Assembly: GCF_000317105.1 (NCBI RefSeq)
Contig: NC_019693.1
Span: 3,903,227 to 3,967,226 of the forward strand
Direction of reading: 5' to 3'
Source of the DNA: Oscillatoria acuminata PCC 6304
GTDB taxonomy: Bacteria; Cyanobacteriota; Cyanobacteriia; Cyanobacteriales; Laspinemataceae
DNA: 64,000 nt
Part shown: in pieces, positions 40,597 through 50,870 of the stretch
How positions within the stretch are numbered: position 1 is the first letter of the stretch
How the letters are laid out: each line of letters opens with the position of its first letter
The notes under the pieces: generated by a model
Databases searched by the model: none
Told to the model about the DNA's origin: nothing
Seen by the model: only the letters and a program-made list of their open reading frames with translations
Program-made: the position numbers and the translations under genes

Positions 40597-41916
40597 TTAT
40601 CTTGTTGTCAACAGTTTGGCGAAACAGGTGTCGAGAATCTCTAACGCCACCTGAATTTGTTCAGCATCCACTACTAATGGCGGACAAAAGCGGATGGCGG
40701 ATTTGCCACAGCCGATCAGTAACAGTCCGTGATAGAACGCCTCATCGATCGCGCGATCGCGTAATGACGGGTTGAAAGCACCGGATTCATCGAGTAAATC
40801 CACAGCCACCATTAACCCTTTCCCTCTCGGTTGTGAGAGTTGGGGATAGCGGTGGGCTAATTTGCTCAACCCTGACTGTAATAACTCACCCATTTGGGTG
40901 GCATTGGCAATTACCCCTTGAGTGAGAAGCTGTAACGTTGCATTAGCTGCGGCACAAGCAACGGGATTCCCGCCAAAGGTGGTGGCGTGAGAACCCGGAG
41001 GCCATGTCATCAGTTCTGGACGAGCGAGAATTGCCCCGAGGGGTAATCCACTGGCAATCCCTTTCGCCAGGGTAATGATATCGGGCATGACATTCCAATG
41101 TTCCACAGCGAACAACTTGCCCGTGCGACCCATACCCGATTGTACTTCATCCACCACCATCAAACAGTGATGGCGAGTGCAAATCTCCCGAATTCGGGCC
41201 AGGAATCCATCTTCTGGAACCAGATATCCCCCTTCCCCTTGAATCGGTTCAACGACGACTGCCGCTAGTTCTTCTGGGGGTAACACCGTTTTAAACAGTT
41301 GAAACTCCAGATAATCTAAGCTGGCATGAGTGCCGTAGGGAATATGGGTGATTCCTGATAATAAGGGCCCAAATCCTTGACGTTGGACGGCTTTTGAGCC
41401 TGTCAGGGACATGGCCCCAAAGGTGCGCCCGTGGAAAGCCCCTAGAAAAGCCACAATTTGAGACCTACCTGTAGCATAGCGGGCTAATTTGAGTGCCCCT
41501 TCGTTGGATTCTGCCCCAGAATTGCTGAAAAAGACCTTGGCCCCTTGGGGAAATGGGGCGAGTTTGGCCAACTGTTCCGCCAGTTCCACCATGGGTTCAT
41601 AGTAAAAATCGGTCCCTGACATATGGAGTAACTGGGCCGCCTGAGCTTGAATCGCTTGCACTACCTGGGGATGAGCGTGTCCGGTGGCGGTGACGGCGAT
41701 ACCGGCGGTAAAGTCGAGGAAGACATTGCCATCCACGTCCTGGATTGAGCAGCCTTCGCCTCGGGCGACGACTAAGGGGTATCCCCGAGTATAGGAGGGA
41801 GAAGTCACGGCGCGATCGCGCTGGACCAGTTCTTGGGCGCGGGGTCCCGGTAAAGGGGTGACCAGATGGGGCCTCCGAGGTAAAGATTGGCCCGTTAAAA
41901 TTTCATCCATCGCCAT
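40597..41916 (-). CDS. Class III PLP-dependent aminotransferase (acetylornithine/GABA aminotransferase-like)
   Basis: 439 aa. Typical class III features (…GNVFLDFTAGIAVTATGHAHP…, the DEVQSGMGRTGK lysine-containing region). Confidence 0.8.
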   Translation of the reverse strand: MAMDEILTGQSLPRRPHLVTPLPGPRAQELVQRDRAVTSPSYTRGYPLVVARGEGCSIQDVDGNVFLDFTAGIAVTATGHAHPQVVQAIQAQAAQLLHMSGTDFYYEPMVELAEQLAKLAPFPQGAKVFFSNSGAESNEGALKLARYATGRSQIVAFLGAFHGRTFGAMSLTGSKAVQRQGFGPLLSGITHIPYGTHASLDYLEFQLFKTVLPPEELAAVVVEPIQGEGGYLVPEDGFLARIREICTRHHCLMVVDEVQSGMGRTGKLFAVEHWNVMPDIITLAKGIASGLPLGAILARPELMTWPPGSHATTFGGNPVACAAANATLQLLTQGVIANATQMGELLQSGLSKLAHRYPQLSQPRGKGLMVAVDLLDESGAFNPSLRDRAIDEAFYHGLLLIGCGKSAIRFCPPLVVDAEQIQVALEILDTCFAKLLTTR

Positions 41917-42255
41917 TCCACTCTTTCCGATTTACTAATGCCTACTCGACGCGATTCTAGTGTAATTACAGTTGACCTAGGAGCAATTTGAGGAGAAAAT
42001 AGGCACGAGTCACGATAAGTATATTTACGGATTGAATCCGGGATAACTTGGTTTTATCGGGTTTTTTCCCCAGAAATCAAGTCCAAATTCTAAAATGGTA
42101 GGAATAGAACGAACAAGAGGCTGAGGTTAAATCAAAACCTGGGGTTAGCACAAAAAAAGGAAAAAAGCACCTCTCTCTAGGATAAAGCGGTTTCTTAACG
42201 TTCTGCCGTTCCCACGTTGAAAGTGCCATCCCCAAGCTCCAGACTCCTCTGAATC

Positions 42256-45200
42256 ATGATAAAAATCAGTCCATCTGTCCTCCTGCGTCTATTGAGCAAA
42301 CTGTCTCAGCTTTGCTACCCCAAAAATCAGCCTTCAACGCCATTGCTACAATTCCTGCATTCCGTGGGAATTGCCCTCGTCAGTGTCACCCTTGCCACGG
42401 TGATTAAAAGTGCCCTAGCACCCTTAATCTTAGGGGAAAGCCCATTTTTGGTGTATTTTGCGGCGATTATGGTCAGTGCTTGGTTTGGGGGTCCGAAAGC
42501 GGGAGTGATGGCTACCCTGGGGGCCGGATTAGTCAGCAGTTACTTATTTTTATCTCCCGGTTATGCTCTGATAGAAAGCAGTCCGAGCCAAATATTTCGG
42601 TTAATTTTATTTTTAATCGAAGGGTCGGCAATTGTGATCGCCATTGGTTCATTGCAACATACGAAACAACAGTTCGCCCAGAGTGCTAGAACCGCTCAAC
42701 AACATTTTGAATCTTTTTTGCAAAGCGAACAGCGCTTTCATTTATTGGTGGATGGCATCGAAGATTATGGACTTTATATGCTTGCGCCCGATGGGCGGGT
42801 AAATAGCTGGAATCCGGGAGCAGAACGCCTCAAAGGGTATGCACCCGAGGAGATTATTGGTCAACATTTTTCCTGCTTTTATCCCCCAGAAGCAGTGGCG
42901 GAAGGGCAACCGGAACGAGACTTGAAACAGGCGGCAGAACAGGGACGATTGGAACAAGAAGCAGAACGACTGCGAAAGGACAGAACCCGCTTTTGGGTGC
43001 ATGAAGTGATTACACCGTTATTCGATAAGCAGGGTAATCTTTATGGGTTTTCTAAAATTAGCCGGGATATCACCGAAAGTAAGCAAACTGAGGCGGAACT
43101 CAGAGCCAGTGAACAACGATTTAAGACCCTCGCTGAATCGACAGTGGAAGGGATTTTATTTTATGAAGGCGACTGCATCATTGCCGTGAATCGCTCCCTG
43201 GAAAAGATATTTGGATATGACCCGGACGACCTGAATGGACTGCCCTTAGCCTCTATTTTTACCGAGGAGACGGTAGCATTAATGGTGAACGACTGCCAAT
43301 GGATGCAGGAGGGAGCATCGGAGGCAGTCGGGATCAAAAAAGAGGGGACAATGGTGAGCCTAGAAGCAGTAATTCAACCGACTCTCTATTTGGGTCGTTC
43401 CGTATGGATGGCATCAGTCCGGGACATCAGCGATCGCAAACGGGCAGAAGCCGACCTCCAACAAACCTTAAAAGAATTATCCGATTTCCAATGGGCTTTA
43501 GATAAATCAGCAATTGTTGCTACAACTGATGCTAAAGGAACGATTCAATATGTTAACGAAAAATTTATTGAAATTTCTAAATATTCCGAGTCTGAATTGA
43601 TTGGACAAGACCATCGGCTGATTAATTCCGGTTATCATCCTAAAGAATTTTTTATCAATCTTTGGGTGACCATCGGTCGCGGGGAAGTGTGGCGAGGTGA
43701 AATTAAAAATCGGGCCAAAGATGGGACTTATTATTGGGTCGATACAGTCATTGTGCCGTTTTTAGATAGTCATAAAAAGCCCTTTCAATATTTAGCCATC
43801 CGCTACGATATTAGCCAACGGAAACAGGCCGAAGAAGCCCTGCGCGACAGTGAAAAACGGTTCCGGGATATGGCAGATACTGCCCCGGTGCTGTTGTGGA
43901 TAGCCAATTGTCAGGGGCAGTGGACCTTTTTAAATAAATGGGGCTTAAACTTCATCGGCGCATTAATTGAAGCGGACCCGGACCTCAACCATCGGGACCG
44001 GATCCATCCCGAGGACCAGGTCCAATGCGTCTTGAGTTACCAACAAGCGGTGAGAGTCGGCCAACCCTTTACCCAGGAATACCGCCTACAACGATCGGAT
44101 GGAGCCTATCGTTGGATGCTAGAAACTGGGGTGCCCCGGTGGAATCCCGAGGGCAATTTAGTCGGGTTCATTGGGTCGGCGATCGATATTACCCCCCTCA
44201 AACAGGCGGACACGGAACGGATGAAACTGTTACAACGGGAACAATCTGCCCGAACTCAAGCCGAAGCCAGCGAGCAGTATTATCGATTCCTGAGCGAGGC
44301 GATTCCGCAAATGGTCTGGACCGCCCTACCGGATGGGACCCTAGATTACCTGAGTCACCGCTGGAGTGAGTACACCGGCTTAAGCGAGGCCGAACTTTTA
44401 GGCTGGGGATGGGAGCCCATCGTGCATCCTGACGACTTGGCCGAATGTAACCAACGGTGGGCCGCTTGCCTAGAAAACGGAGAACCTTATGAAATTGAAG
44501 CCAGAATGCGTCGGGGTTGCGATGGCGCTTATCGCTGGCATCTGGGATTAGCGGTGCCGATGCGGGATCATCAGGGGGCAATCGTCAAGTGGTTTGGGAC
44601 AAATACGGACATTCACGAACGCAAGCAGGTACAGCAAGAGCGCATGGAGTTGTTGGAACGGGAGAAAGCGGCCCGAATTTTGTCCGAACGGGCGACCACA
44701 ATGGTGCATCGGTTACAAGCGATTGTGGATGTGGCGATCGCCCCTTTATCTCTCGATGATCTGGTGCAAGAGTTGCTCGATCGCCTCACGGTGGTATTAG
44801 AAGTAGATGCTGCCGTCATTTTATTGGTCAACGAGGACCAAACCGCCTTAATTGTGACCGCCACAAAAGGCTTAGATTTAGAGCAACCCCTATCTCCGAA
44901 TATCCCGATCCCGATGGGTCTGGGATTTTCTGGACAAATTGCCCAGACTCGGCAACCGATGCGGATTGATCATGATGCTTATACTCAAGTGATTAGTCCG
45001 CTGTTCCGACATAAGAAAATTGAGTCCATTATGGGCGCACCGATGCTACTAGAAGACCGGGTGCTTGGGGTGCTCCATGTCAGTACCGAGTCACGACGAG
45101 AATTCATGGCAGAAGATGTCTATTTGCTGCAACTGGTGGCCGATCGCGTGGCCCTTGCTATTGACCGGGCCAACCTCTATGAGGCCCAGCAGCAAGCCCG

Positions 45201-46365
45201 CGATCGCGCCGAAAAAGCCAACCGACTCAAGGATGAATTTTTGGCGATCGTTTCTCATGAATTGCGGACTCCCCTCAACTCCATTCTCGGCTGGGCGCAA
45301 TTGCTCCGTGCGCGCACCCTGAAAGAAGAAACGCGAGACAAAGCCCTGGAAACCATCGAACGCAATGCCAAGCATCAGGTGACCCTGATTGACGATATCC
45401 TGGATGTCTCGCGGATTATGCGGGGGAAAATTCGCCTGACCCGAGTTCCCTTGTATCTGGAAACTCTCGTGGAACAGGCGATCTCCACCGTGACTCCGGC
45501 AGCGGAAGCTAAATCCATTGAAATTTACACCGAGTTCAACTCCCACGGACAGCCGATTTTAGGGGATACTAGCCGCCTGCATCAAATTGTCTGGAATCTG
45601 CTCTCTAATGCCGTAAAGTTCACCCCCAATGGCGGACGGCTGACGGTGGCGATCGAGCAGGTGGGAGATTACCTAGAATTTCGGGTCCAGGATACAGGGA
45701 TTGGAATCACTGGAGATTTTCTGCCTCACGTCTTTGAGGGCTTCCGCCAAGCCAATAGTTCCTCCACCCGGACTCACGGGGGGCTCGGTTTGGGCTTAAC
45801 CATTGTGCGCTACTTGGTCGAACTGCATGGGGGGACTGTCCATGCCTTCAGCCAGGGAGAAGGCACGGGTTCAACCTTTACCGTGGCACTCCCCATCGGA
45901 GTCTCCCAGAACTCTCCTTTAGACCTCGATTCCATGATTGGCGACGAGAAAGCCATCGCGAACTGTGCCTTGAACCTCGCCGGTTTACAGGTGCTAGTGG
46001 TGGATGACGATCGCGATACCGGAGAGCTAATTGCTCAGGTCCTCGCGGAATATGGGGTCCAGACGACGGTGGTTTTATCCGCTGCCGAAGCCTTAGCCGC
46101 CACCGAGCGATCGCGTCATGATATCTTGATTTCCGATATCGGAATGCCAGAGGAAGACGGCTATGTTTTGATCCGCAAAATTCGCCAGCGCGAGGCGGGA
46201 TACTCTAGGCCCATTCCGGCGATCGCCTTGACTGCTTTCGCTCGGGAAGAGGATCGCCAACAGGCACTTTTAGCCGGGTTTCACCTTCATGTTGCTAAAC
46301 CTGTGGAACCTTTAAAATTAGCCAAAGCTCTCGCGGACATTGCCCAACAAACAGGCTTAATCTAA
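42256..46365 (+). CDS. Hybrid sensor histidine kinase: KdpD-type membrane domain (DUF4118), multiple PAS/PAC, GAF, HisKA, HATPase_c, C-terminal receiver
   Basis: 1369 aa. N-terminal TM block LVSVTLATVIKS…FAAIMVSAWFGG. Repeated PAS-like segments. HisKA H-box LAIVSHELRTPLNSILGWAQLL. G-boxes GLGLGLTIV. Receiver VLVVDDDRDTGELIA…DIGMPEEDGY. Confidence 0.85.
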   Translation: MIKISPSVLLRLLSKLSQLCYPKNQPSTPLLQFLHSVGIALVSVTLATVIKSALAPLILGESPFLVYFAAIMVSAWFGGPKAGVMATLGAGLVSSYLFLSPGYALIESSPSQIFRLILFLIEGSAIVIAIGSLQHTKQQFAQSARTAQQHFESFLQSEQRFHLLVDGIEDYGLYMLAPDGRVNSWNPGAERLKGYAPEEIIGQHFSCFYPPEAVAEGQPERDLKQAAEQGRLEQEAERLRKDRTRFWVHEVITPLFDKQGNLYGFSKISRDITESKQTEAELRASEQRFKTLAESTVEGILFYEGDCIIAVNRSLEKIFGYDPDDLNGLPLASIFTEETVALMVNDCQWMQEGASEAVGIKKEGTMVSLEAVIQPTLYLGRSVWMASVRDISDRKRAEADLQQTLKELSDFQWALDKSAIVATTDAKGTIQYVNEKFIEISKYSESELIGQDHRLINSGYHPKEFFINLWVTIGRGEVWRGEIKNRAKDGTYYWVDTVIVPFLDSHKKPFQYLAIRYDISQRKQAEEALRDSEKRFRDMADTAPVLLWIANCQGQWTFLNKWGLNFIGALIEADPDLNHRDRIHPEDQVQCVLSYQQAVRVGQPFTQEYRLQRSDGAYRWMLETGVPRWNPEGNLVGFIGSAIDITPLKQADTERMKLLQREQSARTQAEASEQYYRFLSEAIPQMVWTALPDGTLDYLSHRWSEYTGLSEAELLGWGWEPIVHPDDLAECNQRWAACLENGEPYEIEARMRRGCDGAYRWHLGLAVPMRDHQGAIVKWFGTNTDIHERKQVQQERMELLEREKAARILSERATTMVHRLQAIVDVAIAPLSLDDLVQELLDRLTVVLEVDAAVILLVNEDQTALIVTATKGLDLEQPLSPNIPIPMGLGFSGQIAQTRQPMRIDHDAYTQVISPLFRHKKIESIMGAPMLLEDRVLGVLHVSTESRREFMAEDVYLLQLVADRVALAIDRANLYEAQQQARDRAEKANRLKDEFLAIVSHELRTPLNSILGWAQLLRARTLKEETRDKALETIERNAKHQVTLIDDILDVSRIMRGKIRLTRVPLYLETLVEQAISTVTPAAEAKSIEIYTEFNSHGQPILGDTSRLHQIVWNLLSNAVKFTPNGGRLTVAIEQVGDYLEFRVQDTGIGITGDFLPHVFEGFRQANSSSTRTHGGLGLGLTIVRYLVELHGGTVHAFSQGEGTGSTFTVALPIGVSQNSPLDLDSMIGDEKAIANCALNLAGLQVLVVDDDRDTGELIAQVLAEYGVQTTVVLSAAEALAATERSRHDILISDIGMPEEDGYVLIRKIRQREAGYSRPIPAIALTAFAREEDRQQALLAGFHLHVAKPVEPLKLAKALADIAQQTGLI

Positions 46366-46474
46366 TCCCTGAATTTCAGGTCCCCTCTGGATCCTGACGA
46401 AGTTTTGCCGGTTTCAAGGCTAAAATTGGAATTAGGGAAGCACCCGTTTGTTGTGAGGCGATTTTATTGGGATC

Positions 46475-46745
46475 ATCTTTGAAAAGAGACCTATCCCCCC
46501 GGCCCCCTTCCCTAAGAGGGAAGGGGGAGAAAGAGATTTGTTTTCCCCTTTCTTTAGTAATTGGGAGCATCTTTGAAAAGAGACCTATCCCCCCGGCCCC
46601 CTTCCCTCAGAGGGAAGGGGGAGAAAGAGATTTGTTTTCCCCTTTCTTTAGTAATTGGGAGCATCTTTGAAAAGAGACCTAACCCCCCGGCCCCCTTCCC
46701 TAGGAGGGAAGGGGGAGAAAGAGATTTGTTTTCCCCTCCCCTACA
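46475..46745. repeat. Tandem repeat, about 3 units of 94 bp, each containing the palindrome CCCCCTTCCCTAAGAGGGAAGGGGG
   Basis: Units start at 46475, 46569 and 46663 with exact 94-bp period. The ORFs over it (46467-46670, 46561-46854) are frame artefacts. Confidence 0.85.
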
Positions 46746-46790
46746 AAAGGCTTACAAGAGTATGTTTTTTACCCTCATGGTGATTGGCCG

Positions 46791-46990
46791 GACTTCCGGT
46801 CCCCTCCCCTTGGCAAGGGGAGGGTTAGGGTGGGGTCCTCCTGACTTGGCTTGACTTCCGGTTCCCTCCCCTTGGCAAGGGGAGGGTTAGGGTGGGGTCC
46901 TCCTGACTTGGCCTGATTTCCGGTCCCCTCCCCTTGGCAAGGGGAGGGTTAGGGTGGGGTCCTCCTGACTTGGCGCAGGCCAAGTCAGGA
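46791..46990. repeat. Tandem repeat, 3 units of 62 bp (GACTTCCGGTCCCCTCCCCTTGGCAAGGGGAGGGTTAGGGTGGGGTCCTCCTGACTTGGC...) ending in the palindrome GACTTGGCGCAGGCCAAGTC
   Basis: Units start at 46791, 46853 and 46915. Each contains the CCCCTTGGCAAGGGG palindrome. Confidence 0.85.
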
Positions 46991-47109
46991 AGAATTAGTA
47001 CGTTGAGGGTCCACTCGCAAGGGCGATCGCACGTCACGAAGAAGCAGGTTGGCACCCGGTTCCATACAGGCGATTAAGCCTCATGGGAGTGCGTGACATG
47101 GCGATCGAC

Positions 47110-47422
47110 CAAGAAGAACCCCACCCTAACCCGGACCTAGAATCAGGGGAGGGGACCGGAAGTCAGGCCAATTAGGGAATTCCAAAAAATAAAATCTCCA
47201 AAACGTTCGTAGTGACGGATCAACGGAGTAGCCCCTACAGATACCTTCCTTTCAGTTGAACGTTTGGAGGATTTATATTTTGCAATCCCCTTAGAAGAAC
47301 CCCACCCTAACCCGGACCTAGAATCAGGGGAGGGGACCGGAAGTCAGGCCAATCAATTAGAAGAACCCCACCCTAACCCGGACCTAGAATCAGGGGAGGG
47401 GACCGGAAATCAGGCCAATCAT
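47110..47422. repeat. Three copies (two tandem) of an about 66-bp unit AGAAGAACCCCACCCTAACCCGGACCTAGAATCAGGGGAGGGGACCGGAAGTCAGGCCAAT, in inverted orientation relative to the 46791-46990 array
   Basis: The CCCCACCCTAACCC core is the reverse complement of the GGGTTAGGGTGGGG core of the upstream array. ORF 47264-47467 is a translation artefact of the repeats. Confidence 0.8.
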
Positions 47423-47635
47423 GATGAGCTTGAAAACACTACTCTTGTAAGGGTAGGGCAAAATTGAGAGGCTCTTATCCAGGTCAGGCTTTCGTGATTT
47501 TCTCAGCATTAAAACCCATTCATCCCGTTTGGGTTCAAAGGACTATTTAGGTTTGACCCGGCTCCACAAATTCAACCCTTTTCACTGCTTAGACCGCTGC
47601 TAAAACAATTCATAATTTTAATGAATTAAACCCGT

Positions 47636-50600
47636 ATGAAACCATTTAATTTTAATCTGGCCACGCTCAGTCCAGAAGCTGATGGACAAAGATTAAAAAA
47701 ACCCCCCCAAACTAACAGTAACCAGCAACAAAAAATCCTATTAGCTAGCGGTATATTAGGGTTGCTTGCCCTCTTAGCCCTCCTGCTCTGGCCAGATCTG
47801 CTGGGTAATCTGTTGGCACAGGATGGGTTTATTCCCCACGGCCATTGTTATCTCTGGAAGCCTTCCTTAGTCTGGCTTCATGTCACCTCAGATACCTTGA
47901 TTGGCATCGCCTATGTTGCCATTTCCACTAGTCTTGCCTATTTTGTTTATAAAGCGCGAAAAAATATCCCCTTTGATTGGATGTTTTTGGCCTTTGGGGC
48001 CTTTATCATTGCTTGTGGCATGACCCATTTTTTAGCGGTCTGGACCTTGTGGAATCCCACCTACTGGTTATCGGGGGATGTCAAATTAATCACCGCGATC
48101 GCCTCCGTCACTACGGCAATTTCTTTACCCCCGTTAATCCCTAGAGCCTTGAGATTATTGGACTCGGCTCAGGTTTCGGAAGAACGTCGCTTGAATCTGG
48201 AGCGGGCCAATTTAGAACTGCAAGCCCTTTATGGTCAGCTTAAGCAACTCGATGAACTTAAAAGCCAATTTTTCGCCAATGTCAGTCACGAATTGCGAAC
48301 CCCTCTGGCTTTAATTTTAGGTCCGACTCAGAAGTTACTCGCCGATCGCCAACTCTTGGAGGAACAACACCGAGACTTGCTCGTAATCGAGCGCAATTCC
48401 CGAATGCTGCTCAAACAGGTTAATGATCTCCTGGATATCTCTAAGCTAGAAGCGGGTAAGATGGAACTCGAAGCAGTTCCCCTAAACTTAGCCAGTCTGA
48501 TCCGCCAAGTGGCGGCGAACTTTGACGCTTTAGCCCTCGAACGGGAAATTAACTTAACGGTCCAGACTCCTGAGTCTTTGGGGACCCAATTGGACCGCCA
48601 AAAAATCGAGCGGGTGGTTTTAAACTTACTCTCCAATGCATTTAAGTTCACACCCCCGGGAGGCCAAATTGACTGTTCTTTGTCTCTGGAAGAGGGCGAA
48701 GGAGAGAAAAACCCGGTAACGATCGCCATCCAAGATAGTGGTCCAGGAGTCCCGTTGGAACGGCGTGAAACCATCTTTGAGCGGTTTAGCCAAATTGAGG
48801 GAGGGAGTACCCGTCGCTTTGGCGGGACTGGGTTGGGATTGGCGATTGTCAAGGAATTTGTCGAACTCCATCAGGGAAGCATTACTGTCTCGGATGCCTC
48901 CCTAGGTGGGGCGATGTTTACGGTCCAACTTCCCATTGAGGTTTCCCCGGACCTCCCTCAGACGGATTCAGAAAGTTCCATCTGGGAGGATCTGGCTGAA
49001 TCGGCGATCGCTGAACTGAAGCCAGAAGCCGATACAACTCCCAGGGTTCTGCTTCCCAATGACCCTCGTCCCCTGGTTTTAGTGGTGGAAGATAACCCGG
49101 AAATGAATCGCTTTGTCTGCGATATCTTAGGACGGGACTATCAAATTGCGACAGCGTTTAACGGGGAGCAAGGATTGGAACAGGCACTCACCCTGCATCC
49201 GGATTTAATCTTGAGTGATGTGATGATGCCCGAAATTGGCGGCGATCGCCTGGTGTCTTTGTTACGCAGTAATCCGGATTTCGCCGATGTGTCCATTATC
49301 ATGCTGACGGCAAAAGATGATGATGATTTGCGGGTGCAGTTATTGCGTGAAGGGGTGCAAGATTATCTGATGAAACCCTTTTCTGTGGAAGAATTGCGGG
49401 CAAGGGTAGGCAATGCAGTCGCCATTAAACGGGTGCGAGATTTGTTACAGCAGGAGTTAGCCTCTCAAAGCTCCGATGTAGAAGTCCTCGCCTCGGAACT
49501 GGCTTTCCATAAGCGAGAACTGGAAGTCGCGCTGATCCTTCAACAGAAACAGTCGGAAGAATTAATCAAGGCGAATCAAATCAAGGATGAGTTTTTATCG
49601 ATTGTTTCCCATGAACTGCGCACGCCTCTCAATTCCATTCTGGGCTGGACTCAGTTGCTTCGCACTCGCAAGCTGAATGAAACCATGCAGAACAAAGCAT
49701 TGGAAACTATTGAGCGCAATGCTAAACAACAGGTGAATTTAATTGATGATATTCTGGATGTTTCTCGGATTATTCGGGGCAAAATTCGCTTAAAACTGCG
49801 TCCGGTGAATTTAATTCCGATTGTGGAAGCGGCCCTGGATACGATGCTTCCCACGGCGGAATCTAAGGGAATTGAGATTGATTTCAACTTTGACCCGGCA
49901 GTCGCCTTGGTTTCGGGAGATAGCGATCGCTTGCAGCAAGTGGCTTGGAATTTGTTTTCTAATGCGGTGAAGTTTACCCCCAATGGCGGCTCGATTTCCG
50001 TGGCGATCGCCCAGACGGATTCCTATATTACCCTCAAGGTTCAGGATACTGGAATTGGCATCAATCCAGACTTTCTGCCCCATATTTTTGAGGGATTCCG
50101 CCAAGCGGATAGTTCTACCACTCGCGCCTATGGCGGATTAGGGTTAGGATTGACCATCGTCCGTCACTTAGTGGAACTCCACGGGGGCAAAGTCCAGGCT
50201 TTGAGCGAGGGGGAAGGCCAAGGGGCCACGTTGATGGTCCAGTTACCGATTCTGCCCAAACCGCCACAAGAGCAAGCAGTCCAGACTTCCTACTCCCGGG
50301 AAGAAGGATTATCCAGTCAACTCTGGGCCCTGGATGGGTTGCAGGTGTTGGTGGTGGATGACGACCCGGATACCGGGGATTTAATGGAAGCGATGCTGAC
50401 CGATTATGGGGTGCGGGTTCAGGTAGTGACTTCGGTTTCCGAGGCGATCGCCCTGATGGACCAATGCAAATTTGATGTGTTAGTCAGCGATATTGGAATG
50501 CCCGGAGAAGACGGATATCATTTAATTCACCAAATCCGCCAGCATGAAGCTGACAGCAACAACCATATTCCTGCGATCGCCCTGACGGCTTTTTCCTCCG

Positions 50601-50710
50601 AGGAGGACCGCGCCCAATCCCTCCTAGCTGGCTTTCAAAAACACCTTTCTAAACCTGTAGAACCCGCCCAATTAGCCAGGGTTTTAGCTCAGTTGGCTTC
50701 AAATCTCTAA
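47636..50710 (+). CDS. Hybrid histidine kinase with N-terminal ethylene-binding-domain-like (ETR1-type) membrane sensor followed by HK-REC-HK-REC
   Basis: 1024 aa. TM region SDTLIGIAYVAISTSLAYFVYKARKNIPFDWMFLAFGAFIIACGMTHFLAVWTLW aligns with Arabidopsis ETR1 [53 protein letters not shown], including the Cu-ligand Cys and His (CGxTH). Two H-boxes are present (FANVSHELRTPLAL; LSIVSHELRTPLNSILGWTQLL). Two receiver domains are present (VLVVEDNPEMNRF…SDVMMPEIGGD; VLVVDDDPDTGDL…DIGMPGEDGY). Confidence 0.8.
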   Translation: MKPFNFNLATLSPEADGQRLKKPPQTNSNQQQKILLASGILGLLALLALLLWPDLLGNLLAQDGFIPHGHCYLWKPSLVWLHVTSDTLIGIAYVAISTSLAYFVYKARKNIPFDWMFLAFGAFIIACGMTHFLAVWTLWNPTYWLSGDVKLITAIASVTTAISLPPLIPRALRLLDSAQVSEERRLNLERANLELQALYGQLKQLDELKSQFFANVSHELRTPLALILGPTQKLLADRQLLEEQHRDLLVIERNSRMLLKQVNDLLDISKLEAGKMELEAVPLNLASLIRQVAANFDALALEREINLTVQTPESLGTQLDRQKIERVVLNLLSNAFKFTPPGGQIDCSLSLEEGEGEKNPVTIAIQDSGPGVPLERRETIFERFSQIEGGSTRRFGGTGLGLAIVKEFVELHQGSITVSDASLGGAMFTVQLPIEVSPDLPQTDSESSIWEDLAESAIAELKPEADTTPRVLLPNDPRPLVLVVEDNPEMNRFVCDILGRDYQIATAFNGEQGLEQALTLHPDLILSDVMMPEIGGDRLVSLLRSNPDFADVSIIMLTAKDDDDLRVQLLREGVQDYLMKPFSVEELRARVGNAVAIKRVRDLLQQELASQSSDVEVLASELAFHKRELEVALILQQKQSEELIKANQIKDEFLSIVSHELRTPLNSILGWTQLLRTRKLNETMQNKALETIERNAKQQVNLIDDILDVSRIIRGKIRLKLRPVNLIPIVEAALDTMLPTAESKGIEIDFNFDPAVALVSGDSDRLQQVAWNLFSNAVKFTPNGGSISVAIAQTDSYITLKVQDTGIGINPDFLPHIFEGFRQADSSTTRAYGGLGLGLTIVRHLVELHGGKVQALSEGEGQGATLMVQLPILPKPPQEQAVQTSYSREEGLSSQLWALDGLQVLVVDDDPDTGDLMEAMLTDYGVRVQVVTSVSEAIALMDQCKFDVLVSDIGMPGEDGYHLIHQIRQHEADSNNHIPAIALTAFSSEEDRAQSLLAGFQKHLSKPVEPAQLARVLAQLASNL

Positions 50711-50870
50711 ACTTGAAGTTTGAAGCGGACCCTATCCAGAGTTTCACTTCAGAGTTAAGATAAGGGCATGAACAAATTGGGGCTCAAAGGAAGCGGACCT
50801 ACGGTCAAGTTGGATCCTTCAATCTCAGGGTTAGAGCGTGACTGCCAATCCGATACAAGGACGCAAGGCG

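Noticed and set aside
46475-46990. CRISPR array?
   Set aside because: The units repeat in full with no unique spacers, the units are themselves palindromic, and there are no cas genes in the window.
46467-47467. ORFs 46467-46670, 46561-46854, 46825-47055, 47264-47467
   Set aside because: They are translations of tandem DNA repeats whose unit lengths (94, 62, 66 bp) are not multiples of 3. The peptides simply repeat, and there is no RBS or start context.
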